DNA of 64,000 nt from a virus (lineage: Duplodnaviria > Caudoviricetes): the IMG/VR virus record IMGVR_UViG_3300020045_015293, positions 24,641 through 88,640 of that record, one strand, 5' to 3'. Of this stretch, positions 18,483 to 25,947 are shown piece by piece. The translations under genes were made by a program, and so were the position numbers. Within the stretch, counting starts at the first letter, position 1, and each line of letters starts with the position of its first letter. The notes under the pieces were generated by a model, which was not told where the DNA came from, searched no databases, and worked only from the letters and a program-made list of their open reading frames with translations.

Positions 18483-19397
18483 ATGGGAAGATTAAAATAT
18501 ACTAAAGAATTACTTGAAATAAAAGTTAAAGAAAGTTTTTCATTAAGAGAATTAATGGAAAAATTAGGGATGAATTATTATTCAAGTCAAAAACATATAA
18601 GAAATTTACTTGAAGCTTATAATTTAAATACTTCACATTTTATTGGAATTAAGATACAAAAACGTAATAATGAAGAAATATTTAAAACTGATTCTAAAGT
18701 AAATAGATCAACTTTAAGAAAAAGAATTATTGATAATAATTTAATTCCATATATTTGTCAAAATTGTAATTGTAATGATGAATGGATGGGTAAAAAAATG
18801 CCTTTTATATTAGATCATATTAATGGAATAGGAGAGGATAATAGAATTGAAAATTTAAGATGGCTTTGTTCAAATTGTGATTCAATACAGGATACTTATA
18901 AATCAAAAAATAAAAATTCGAGTAAATCAAGAAAAAGAATAATTAATAAAATAAACAGAGAATCTGAAATATTAAATATTAAATTAAATAAACATAAAAT
19001 TACAGAATTAAAAAATAATGAATTAAAACAACAAATACTAAATTCAAGAGTAGAATTTAATGAAATGGGGTGGGGAGTAGAATTAAGTAAAATATTAAAT
19101 ATGACTCCTCAAAATTGTTTGAGAATAACTAAAAAATTATTACCTGAATTTTATAAAGAAAAATGTTGGAAAAAATTTGAAGATAAAAATAAATTTAAAA
19201 GACAAAAAGATTTAGAAATTGAAAAATCAAAATATAATTTAGAAAAAATAAAGAAAAATATTAACCTTATAAAAGCATCAAAAATTAATTTTAAAGAAAG
19301 AGGTTGTTTTGTAAAAGCTAATCAAATATTAGGATTTAAACAAACTACAGATGCTATTAAATGGTTAAAAAGAAATCTCCCCGAATTAATAAATTAA
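18483..19397 (+). CDS. HNH homing endonuclease inside the tRNA cluster
   Basis: CQNC...LDHING...DNRIENLRWLCSNCD; two C-terminal DF...GW/GC...LP repeats. Confidence 0.85.
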   Translation: MGRLKYTKELLEIKVKESFSLRELMEKLGMNYYSSQKHIRNLLEAYNLNTSHFIGIKIQKRNNEEIFKTDSKVNRSTLRKRIIDNNLIPYICQNCNCNDEWMGKKMPFILDHINGIGEDNRIENLRWLCSNCDSIQDTYKSKNKNSSKSRKRIINKINRESEILNIKLNKHKITELKNNELKQQILNSRVEFNEMGWGVELSKILNMTPQNCLRITKKLLPEFYKEKCWKKFEDKNKFKRQKDLEIEKSKYNLEKIKKNINLIKASKINFKERGCFVKANQILGFKQTTDAIKWLKRNLPELIN

Positions 19398-19469
19398 AAA
19401 CAAAAACATGAAAAATTCCAACAGCCTAACGCTTTAAGGTTACTGACAAAACAGTAGCCCAGCGTAAAA

Positions 19470-19640
19470 ATGGCTAAAAAAGAAGGCGGTGGTAAAGGTA
19501 AAAAAGGTAATAAAAAATACGGCCGCGAAATTAAAAAAAGATCAAATAGAGGAAGTACAATTTCTTTATTTGTTCGCAACAGAATTACTGCTGAAGAATA
19601 TTTTAGAAAAGCAGGATTATCTCTAAAAAGAGATAAATAA
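19470..19640 (+). CDS. small basic protein (56 aa, MAKKEGGGKGKKGNKKYGR...), not in the ORF track
   Basis: Read directly; K/G/R-rich; lies immediately before the Y RNA-like element. Confidence 0.6.
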   Translation: MAKKEGGGKGKKGNKKYGREIKKRSNRGSTISLFVRNRITAEEYFRKAGLSLKRDK

Positions 19641-19724
19641 ACAGGCTCCGGAAGTCGTGAGTTCGAGTCTCACCTTGGCCCGAAAGGGCTGAGTAGCTCA
19701 GTTGGTAGAGCGCCGGACTAGGTT
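19639..19724 (+). ncRNA. yrlA: YrlA-type bacterial Y RNA / circularly permuted tRNA mimic
   Basis: Order: tccgg, T-arm gtgag-ttcgagt-ctcac, acceptor-like hairpin cttggcc-cgaaag-ggctgag, D-arm gctc-agttggta-gagc, ccgga; Ro60 gene at 32798. Confidence 0.75.
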
Positions 19725-19788
19725 ATCAATTAACGAGGACGTTAGTGCACGCCTACAATGCAGTAATGCAAGAGGATAACCGCAAATT

Positions 19789-19861
19789 GGCCCTATAGCT
19801 CAGTTGAGAAGAGCTCTGGTTTTACATACCAGGTGCACCCGTTCGAATCGGGTTAGGGCTA
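19789..19861 (+). tRNA. trnV: tRNA-Val(TAC)
   Basis: ctggt-tttacat-accag; canonical T-arm. Confidence 0.9.
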
Positions 19862-19889
19862 CTTGAATTTTCGAAAAGATCTTTGAAAT

Positions 19890-20042
19890 AAATAACGTTC
19901 TTAATCAGGAATAGATTTTACAAAAAATGGGTGGGGTAATAAATTATCAAAAATAATAAATAGATCTCCTGCTTGGACTTTAAAATGGGTGAAAAGTAAT
20001 ATTCCAGAAATTGAAAAAATTTGTTTTAAACATTCTTTTTAA
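19890..20042 (+). pseudogene. remnant of an HNH endonuclease C-terminal repeat
   Basis: SGIDFTKNGWGNKLSKIINRSPAWTLKWVKSNIPE resembles NSRVEFNEMGWGVELSKILNMTP..LP of 18483-19397; no start, frame broken near 19902. Confidence 0.6.
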
Positions 20043-20044
20043 AA

Positions 20045-20118
20045 CGAGGTAACGCATAAATGATGGTGCACCTGCCTTCCAAGTAGGAATAGAGCCGGTT
20101 TGATCCCGGTTACCTTGA
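20045..20118 (+). tRNA. trnG: tRNA-Gly(TCC)
   Basis: cctgc-cttccaa-gtagg. Confidence 0.8.
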
Positions 20119-20224
20119 CAACATACACATTCCCCTTCTCATAAGAACAGGGTGCTCAGAGTGTGTTTTTTATATGCCGAGTTGAAAGGGAATCCACAGT
20201 GGGGACACTGCCCCTCGGCTCCAT

Positions 20225-20297
20225 GCGAATATAGCACAATGGCTCAGTGTACCGGCTTGCCAAGTCGGTGATGACAGTTCGAATCTGTTTATTCGCT
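20225..20297 (+). tRNA. trnG: tRNA-Gly(GCC)
   Basis: ccggc-ttgccaa-gtcgg; U73. Confidence 0.9.
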
Positions 20298-20358
20298 CAT
20301 AAATAAAAAATTATGATTATTCTTTCTGGTTGATGTCTTGACTCTGTAAAAAGAATCA

Positions 20359-20583
20359 ATGATGAATCAAAACAAACAAATTCGACTTTGGAGAGTCGAG
20401 TGGGTCCATAAAAATGGATACCGTGCCCCTCATTATTGGGTTGAGGCAAAAGTAGTAATAAGGAAAGGTAATGTGAATGAAAAGGAAACAAGAAAAAATG
20501 CAGTAAAAGCTGCAAAACAACACTCAAGATTAGGTGATTTTCCTAAAACTTGGTATTGTAAAATTACAGATGTTAGTGAATAA
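20359..20583 (+). CDS. hypothetical protein
   Basis: ORF between tRNAs. Confidence 0.55.
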   Translation: MMNQNKQIRLWRVEWVHKNGYRAPHYWVEAKVVIRKGNVNEKETRKNAVKAAKQHSRLGDFPKTWYCKITDVSE

Positions 20584-20669
20584 CTAATATCTTAAAAATA
20601 GATTCCACGCTTCCCATCTCGAAGGATAATGAGAAGAATAATACGTCTTTCAAGAATCTATTTTTATAT

Positions 20670-20741
20670 TGCCACTTGGTGTAATGCGTAGCACAAGAGT
20701 TTTTGGAGCTCTTTGTTTCAGTTCGAATCTGAAAGTGGTGA
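20670..20741 (+). tRNA. trnQ: tRNA-Gln(TTG)
   Basis: agagt-ttttgga-gctct; U1 start. Confidence 0.8.
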
Positions 20742-20749
20742 CTTAAAAT

Positions 20750-20833
20750 GGAGGATAGCATGCAAGGTGCATAACTGGCTTTGAACCCCAGGCCAACGCT
20801 GATCGCGTTGAGGTTTCGATACTTTATCCTCCG
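20750..20833 (+). tRNA. trnS: tRNA-Ser(TGA)
   Basis: Loop tttgaac; long variable arm caacgc/gcgttg; G73. Confidence 0.85.
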
Positions 20834-20836
20834 CAA

Positions 20837-21028
20837 AAATAAAAAATGAGCTATCGCTATATTAATATAGAGGAAACTCAGGACTCCGTTGTTTAATTTG
20901 GAAGACGAAAGTCGTTATACCAAAGAGGGAGAAACTTAAAACAGTCTATATGGATGAACAACATGGACAAGGTAAAGGATTAGACAAATGATAGCATAAA
21001 ACAGAAACCTGGTTACTATTTTTTATTT
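20837..21028 (+). ncRNA. rnpB: RNase P RNA, minimal (~190 nt)
   Basis: CR-I-like gaggaaactcagg, CR-V-like acagaaacctggtt forming P4 with bulged U; P1 aaataaaaaat/attttttattt; P2 ctatc/gatag; ggtaaa and tagacaaatga segments. Confidence 0.85.
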
Positions 21029-21030
21029 TA

Positions 21031-21103
21031 TCCCGCTATGGTGAAATGATATCACTTCAGTTTGTGGATCTGAAATTATAAGTTTGAATCTTATTAGTGG
21101 GAC
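21031..21103 (+). tRNA. trnH: tRNA-His(GTG)
   Basis: Loop ttgtgga; C73. Confidence 0.8.
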
Positions 21104-21111
21104 ATTAAAAA

Positions 21112-21202
21112 GGAAGTTAAACCCATGATGGCATTGGGGAATACCTGCTAAGTATTTTATCGGCTATAAACCGATACGTGAATTCGAGTTTCACAACTTC
21201 CG
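21112..21202 (+). tRNA. trnS: tRNA-Ser(GCT)
   Basis: aatac-ctgctaa-gtatt; long variable arm tatcgg/ccgata; G73. Confidence 0.85.
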
Positions 21203-21207
21203 CATAT

Positions 21208-21286
21208 TGGATAGTACCGAGCCATCCTGATAAGATGGATAATCGTAGCGGTGTTGTAAACGTGGGTTCAAATCCCTCCTATCCAA
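21208..21286 (+). tRNA. atypical tRNA-Ile(GAT) lacking a D-arm, with long variable region
   Basis: Acceptor tggatag/ctatcca; ccatc-ctgataa-gatgg; only 7 nt between acceptor and anticodon stems. Confidence 0.6.
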
Positions 21287-21288
21287 CT

Positions 21289-21428
21289 AAACTTCTGAGT
21301 CATAAACAAAAAAACCACTCGGGTTCAAGGGAACTATACACCATGCAGAGTAAGTATTTGCAAATGCTTGACTCATAAGAAAACCTTAAAGTATAGTAGT
21401 TGTGAGGGTGACACAAACTTAGAAGTTT
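21289..21428 (+). ncRNA. unassigned structured RNA
   Basis: aaacttctgag/cttagaagttt, actatac/gtatagt, gagtca/tgactc pairings. Confidence 0.45.
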
Positions 21429-21448
21429 AACTTATTTAATTTTTAGTT

Positions 21449-22003
21449 ATGAAATATAAAAAACTTAAAGTTCCTGAAACATCATCTTGGGATAGAAAAC
21501 CAACATTTTTTAGACGCTATTTCCCAATTTGGTTAAAAGAATTTGTTGAAGGAATAAAAAATATTATTAGATGGATTCCAACTATATATAAAGATAAAGA
21601 TTGGGATCAATATTTCATAATGAAATTACTTCAAAAGAAAATTGAACATCAAAGAGAATATTTAATTTATCATAATCGTCACATAGGAATAGAACAAGAT
21701 AATAGAAATATGACTTGGGTTCTAAATTTAATTGAGTACCAAATCAATGATTATTATGAATTAGAAAAATATGATTATGTTGAATTTGGAAAAAAATTAC
21801 TTGGACCTTATAAATCTGAGAAATTAGATAATTATTTAGTAAAATATCCAGGAACTATTCGAAGAGTAAAACAAAAATATCCTAATATAAACTTTGATAA
21901 TAAAGATAGACTTTCATTGTATGTAGGTATATATAATCAACAAAAATGTAATCATTTAATTTGGAAAATAATGGAAGAAAAAAGTGGGCAATGGTGGGAT
22001 TAA
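21449..22003 (+). CDS. hypothetical phage protein
   Basis: IIRWIPTIYKDKDWD...WWD; 184 aa ORF. Confidence 0.6.
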   Translation: MKYKKLKVPETSSWDRKPTFFRRYFPIWLKEFVEGIKNIIRWIPTIYKDKDWDQYFIMKLLQKKIEHQREYLIYHNRHIGIEQDNRNMTWVLNLIEYQINDYYELEKYDYVEFGKKLLGPYKSEKLDNYLVKYPGTIRRVKQKYPNINFDNKDRLSLYVGIYNQQKCNHLIWKIMEEKSGQWWD

Positions 22004-22056
22004 TACTTTTTTCCAAAGTTTTTTTCTTACCTTTATGCTAGTAAAAAGGTTATGAA

Positions 22057-22404
22057 ATGAAAGTAATTCCTAAAATAGAACCTAAAAAAGTTTATACTTT
22101 ACGAACTTTTTATGATGCAGGTATAATTCATATACATACTTTAGTTTATTTAAGATTTCAACATATATTTAATTCTAATATATATTATATACCACATCGT
22201 ACTAGTGAGTATTTAAAATCATTTAAATTTTTAAATTTAAATTCAGCAAAAAATGCACCAATACCAAGTAACCCTGAAATTAAATCATTTGAAAAAGATA
22301 TTGAAATTAAAATTTGTGGGGAAGTATTTGAAGCTGAAAGAATCGAAGCAGATACTAAATTAATATCAGATATTATTGGGGAAAATGGTATTATTTTATT
22401 ATAA
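22057..22404 (+). CDS. hypothetical protein
   Basis: ORF after CCAAA promoter at 22013. Confidence 0.55.
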   Translation: MKVIPKIEPKKVYTLRTFYDAGIIHIHTLVYLRFQHIFNSNIYYIPHRTSEYLKSFKFLNLNSAKNAPIPSNPEIKSFEKDIEIKICGEVFEAERIEADTKLISDIIGENGIILL

Positions 22405-22413
22405 TTTTTTAAA

Positions 22414-22710
22414 ATGAATGTAATTCCTGAAACATTTTTGAGAAAGTTAACTATTAGGAACAATGCAATAGTTATCCCTAAGAAAATAGATGAATTAAAA
22501 GACAGATCTAATGAATATAAACAATTATTTGAAATGCGTTTACTTTCATTTGTTCATGATGGAACAATAACAAGAGCGGTGTGTGAATTGTTAAATGATC
22601 TTCCTTATGATCATAATTTTAATATTGCACAAGAAAATAGAGAAAAAGGTAGTATTATTTCATTACCAATAAGTATTTTAAAGTTTGTTAAAGAACCTGA
22701 GGTTTCCTAA
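22414..22710 (+). CDS. hypothetical protein
   Basis: ORF. Confidence 0.5.
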   Translation: MNVIPETFLRKLTIRNNAIVIPKKIDELKDRSNEYKQLFEMRLLSFVHDGTITRAVCELLNDLPYDHNFNIAQENREKGSIISLPISILKFVKEPEVS

Positions 22711-22744
22711 ATTTCGATATATTTATATACAACAAAAAATTATT

Positions 22745-22834
22745 ATGTTTTTACAAAGTTTGATAAATACAAATATTCTTACGTTAGATTATATGGATAA
22801 TCTAAATGAGGATAAATCTGTTACATCAGGCTAG
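22745..22834 (+). CDS. putative leader peptide MFLQSLINTNILTLDYMDNLNEDKSVTSG ending in TAG
   Basis: Short ORF after ATATTTATA (22719); last codons are complementary to the 5' arm of the downstream terminator. Confidence 0.5.
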   Translation: MFLQSLINTNILTLDYMDNLNEDKSVTSG

Positions 22835-22860
22835 ACCAAATCAATATATACCATTCGTAA

Positions 22861-22893
22861 AAGCCTGATGCCCCCGAAGCGTTAGGCTTTTTT
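22861..22893 (+). terminator. intrinsic terminator (attenuator-type)
   Basis: aagcctgatgc-ccccgaa-gcgttaggctt followed by a T run. Confidence 0.8.
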
Positions 22894-22959
22894 AGTTCTT
22901 TGAAAATATTTTTTTACCCAAAATTTTTTACATAATTTTATATTATAAAATATAAGGTT

Positions 22960-23220
22960 ATGAGTCAAGTAATAAATAAAAAAATCAACCTAAATTTAGT
23001 AGGTTTAGATGGAAATGCATTTTCTATTATGGGAGCATTTCAAAAACAAGCCCGTAAAGAAGGATGGAGTAAAGAGGAAATTGATGCTGTGATAACAGAG
23101 ATGCAATCTGGAGATTATAATCATTTGTTACAAACAGCAATGGCACATTGTGAAGATCCAGAAGATGAAGAAATGGATGAAAATTATGTAACTGATGAAG
23201 ATGGAGATTTTAATTATTAA
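22960..23220 (+). CDS. hypothetical phage protein
   Basis: LVGLDGNAFSIMG...GDYNHLL motif; acidic tail. Confidence 0.65.
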   Translation: MSQVINKKINLNLVGLDGNAFSIMGAFQKQARKEGWSKEEIDAVITEMQSGDYNHLLQTAMAHCEDPEDEEMDENYVTDEDGDFNY

Positions 23221-23231
23221 AATACAAATTT

Positions 23232-23426
23232 ATGTATTTAAATACACATAAAGATCGTGGTGAATCAACTTACCAATTAGCCAATAATGTAGGCGATAGA
23301 GGAGGATGGGTTAAATTTGATTGGGATAAAGATGTTCAAGCTGTTAAACCACATTATGAAAATACAATTGTTGTATTAAAAAATGGTACACATTATTTGT
23401 TATTTGGAAGAGGATATGGTGTATAA
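23232..23426 (+). CDS. hypothetical protein
   Basis: ORF. Confidence 0.5.
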   Translation: MYLNTHKDRGESTYQLANNVGDRGGWVKFDWDKDVQAVKPHYENTIVVLKNGTHYLLFGRGYGV

Positions 23427-23438
23427 AAATTAATTTTT

Positions 23439-23681
23439 ATGGCTAAATTATATACAATAGAAGAAATTAAAACATATATAACATCACAAGATTCACTTGG
23501 TGATGCCTTATATAACTTGAATGAAGATAATGTTGATAAAGCAGTATGGGAAGATAAATTTCAAGCTATAAAAGAAGAAATAATGGATGATAGTTTTGAT
23601 GGTAATGAAGATGAATTAATGAGAGAAACAGAAGAACTATTTAAGAAAAGATATAAATTTGATTATTACGATAAATATTAA
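23439..23681 (+). CDS. hypothetical acidic protein
   Basis: ORF. Confidence 0.5.
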   Translation: MAKLYTIEEIKTYITSQDSLGDALYNLNEDNVDKAVWEDKFQAIKEEIMDDSFDGNEDELMRETEELFKKRYKFDYYDKY

Positions 23682-23685
23682 AAAT

Positions 23686-23757
23686 GGACTGGTAACTTAA
23701 AGGCAAAGTAGCATCCTGTTAAGATGAAGAGTGTGGTATCGTGATCCACCCAGTCCG
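23686..23757 (+). tRNA. trnN: tRNA-Asn(GTT)
   Basis: Loop ctgttaa; G73. Confidence 0.8.
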
Positions 23758-23869
23758 CAAAAAAATTAATAGTACTCATAGTTTAAAACTGTTATAAAGG
23801 AGTAGTTAAATTAGAATATGGAGACCATATTTAGCTATTAGTTCTTTAACATTATAAATTTTAAAAAAA

Positions 23870-23940
23870 GGGATAACGTCCAGGGCAGATCACAACGACT
23901 GTAAATCGTAGGTGTTGAGTTTCGATTACTCATTATCCCA
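23870..23940 (+). tRNA. trnY: tRNA-Tyr(GTA) with short variable region
   Basis: acga-ctgtaaa-tcgt; acceptor gggataa/ttatccc, A73. Confidence 0.75.
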
Positions 23941-24066
23941 CTTAAATAAAAAATTCTTTTTCCAAAATTATTTGTTTAATTTTATAAAAGTAGAAATTTT
24001 TCAAAAACCAAACTGTTATGTTGGGAAAAAATATCTAAACAATATTTTTGACTAAGTAAACATAAC

Positions 24067-24402
24067 ATGAAAGTAATATCTCAATCCTATTTTAGAAATC
24101 AATATATTCGAGAAATAATTGATAACTTTAATTGGGAAAGAATTCATAAAGTGATGGTTTTTCTTCAATGGAAATATTTAAATGAAGAAATTCCTGAAAT
24201 TGATGATTTAAAATTATTAAGTAAAAATTTACTTGACAATATTTGGTTATCAACAACTAAACAACAGAATGAAACATGGAGCATAAAATCAGGTGGTTTT
24301 AAAGCAACAGCTTCATACAATTCAAATAAAAAAAGAATTGACTTTTTAAAATTGGAATTTATACTTAGTGATTATTATAAAGAAGAAAATGATGAAGGAT
24401 AA
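24067..24402 (+). CDS. hypothetical protein
   Basis: ORF. Confidence 0.55.
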   Translation: MKVISQSYFRNQYIREIIDNFNWERIHKVMVFLQWKYLNEEIPEIDDLKLLSKNLLDNIWLSTTKQQNETWSIKSGGFKATASYNSNKKRIDFLKLEFILSDYYKEENDEG

Positions 24403-24628
24403 AGTAACTATAGTAACAGCTGATTGGAAAGATATTGATGGATTAGCTAATGCTTTTAAAAAAGCTATAAGAAAATTAGGAGCTCATATTTATAATCATC
24501 CTGATTTTGAAGGTAGCGATACTTATGGTTTTATTGTTAGTGATAAAAAATTGAGTAGAAAGAAAATTAAAGATAATTATTGTATTCCAAAAGAAGAAAT
24601 AGATTATATTTATCCAATTGGAGCATAA
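24389..24628 (+). CDS. hypothetical protein
   Basis: ORF; start moved. Confidence 0.5.
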   Translation: MMKDKVTIVTADWKDIDGLANAFKKAIRKLGAHIYNHPDFEGSDTYGFIVSDKKLSRKKIKDNYCIPKEEIDYIYPIGA

Positions 24629-24633
24629 AAAAC

Positions 24634-24813
24634 ATGAATAGGGAAGAAAGAGAAGAAAGAATACAACGTGCCAAAGAAGAATTTGGTGAACAAGTTGTAG
24701 CAGAAGTTAGAGAAGTTGTATCAATGAGTGATCCTGATGGAGCTTGGAGTACATATAGAGATTTTGAAAAGTATGATCATTGTGCATGTATTGAAATGAT
24801 TTATTTTGAATAA
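24634..24813 (+). CDS. hypothetical protein
   Basis: ORF; start moved to MNREE. Confidence 0.5.
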   Translation: MNREEREERIQRAKEEFGEQVVAEVREVVSMSDPDGAWSTYRDFEKYDHCACIEMIYFE

Positions 24814-25052
24814 AAAGTTCTTTGAAGACAAGAACCTGATAACTAACAGGCACTTTTAAAAGTTAGGAAACAGGGAATATGCGGTGCCAGCATGTGGATA
24901 GCTACTAAATAATATTAAAAGTAGTTCCGGTGAAAGGATGTTTCACAACCAATCACTGAAAAAATAAAAATGAATAATAGAACGTTTTGGACGTCTGAAC
25001 GACAGCTCGAAAGAGTTATTACGGTTCCCTATTATTCATTAACTTGATTAAA

Positions 25053-25172
25053 ATTATTAGGTGGTAATGAGTAGAGTTACATCGCGTGGAATGGTTCCAC
25101 ACCCAACTCAGGATTAGGCTCTGCCGTTCAATTCGGCCAGTTAATCTCTACCAAATTTTCCCCTAAAATAAT
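25053..25172 (+). ncRNA. UACAUCGC-motif RNA, copy A (contains a T-arm-like hairpin)
   Basis: ttagg/cctaa, tggtaat..aaattttcc internal loop, gtagag/ctctac, ttacatcgc; gccg-ttcaatt-cggc. Confidence 0.6.
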
Positions 25173-25176
25173 TATA

Positions 25177-25257
25177 AATTATTGGATGGTTATAAATCAG
25201 TTTCATCGCTAATGGTCAATTTGCAAAAAATACTGATTTAAATTTTCCTCCAAAATT
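25177..25257 (+). ncRNA. UACAUCGC-motif RNA, copy B
   Basis: ttgga/tccaa, tggttat..aaattttcc, aaatcagt/actgattt, ttcatcgc. Confidence 0.6.
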
Positions 25258-25262
25258 AATTT

Positions 25263-25335
25263 GGCCCTGTCGAATAATGTGTTAGTTCGTTGCCCTTTCA
25301 CGGCAAAAATTTCGGTTCAAATCCGTGCGGGGCTA
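25263..25335 (+). tRNA. trnE: tRNA-Glu(TTC)
   Basis: ttgcc-ctttcac-ggcaa. Confidence 0.85.
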
Positions 25336-25357
25336 CTAAAAGAAAAAGGTTGCGTAA

Positions 25358-25945
25358 ATGAATATATTAAAATTAGATGATTTACCTCTATATGACTTAG
25401 GTAATACAATTCAAATATCAGGAATGATATTACAAGGTAATGATAAAACTTACAATGTATTTTTTCCAGATAAAAAAATTGAGAATCCTGAATTAGTAGA
25501 AGTAAATGAAGATGAATGGAAAAAATTGTTGCTACAATTAGATACTTTAGAAACAGTTTTATTTCCAGGTAATCCAGGTGCTAAAATAGTTGTACGTAAA
25601 TCTCAACGTATAATCGAATCAGCAATGATTTGGAAAGTTTTTAGGAGAGATAATTATACTTGTCAGTATTGTGGTGCAAGAGATAAACCATTGTCAGTTG
25701 ATCATGTAGTTCTTTGGGAAGATATGGGTGGAACTGTTGAAGAAAATTTATTAACTGCATGTTCTGCATGTAATATGAAAAGAGGTAATATGAGGTTTTT
25801 AGATTGGTTGGATAGCGATTATTATAATAAATGTTTGAAAAATTTTGGTAATGAAGATCAACAATATAATCAAGATAAAAAATTGTTAGATTTTTGGATA
25901 ATAGCAAGAGATTTACCATTACGTACAAATAAAAGAGGGAGGTAA
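25358..25945 (+). CDS. HNH endonuclease family protein
   Basis: VFRRDNYTCQYCG...SVDHV...GG...NLLTACSACNMKRG. Confidence 0.85.
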   Translation: MNILKLDDLPLYDLGNTIQISGMILQGNDKTYNVFFPDKKIENPELVEVNEDEWKKLLLQLDTLETVLFPGNPGAKIVVRKSQRIIESAMIWKVFRRDNYTCQYCGARDKPLSVDHVVLWEDMGGTVEENLLTACSACNMKRGNMRFLDWLDSDYYNKCLKNFGNEDQQYNQDKKLLDFWIIARDLPLRTNKRGR

Positions 25946-25947
25946 TT

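Noticed and set aside
20297-21378. ORFs 20297(-), 20573(-), 21178(+), also 26874(+) and 19394(-)
   Set aside because: They overlap tRNA/ncRNA genes or a better + strand ORF; not credible proteins.
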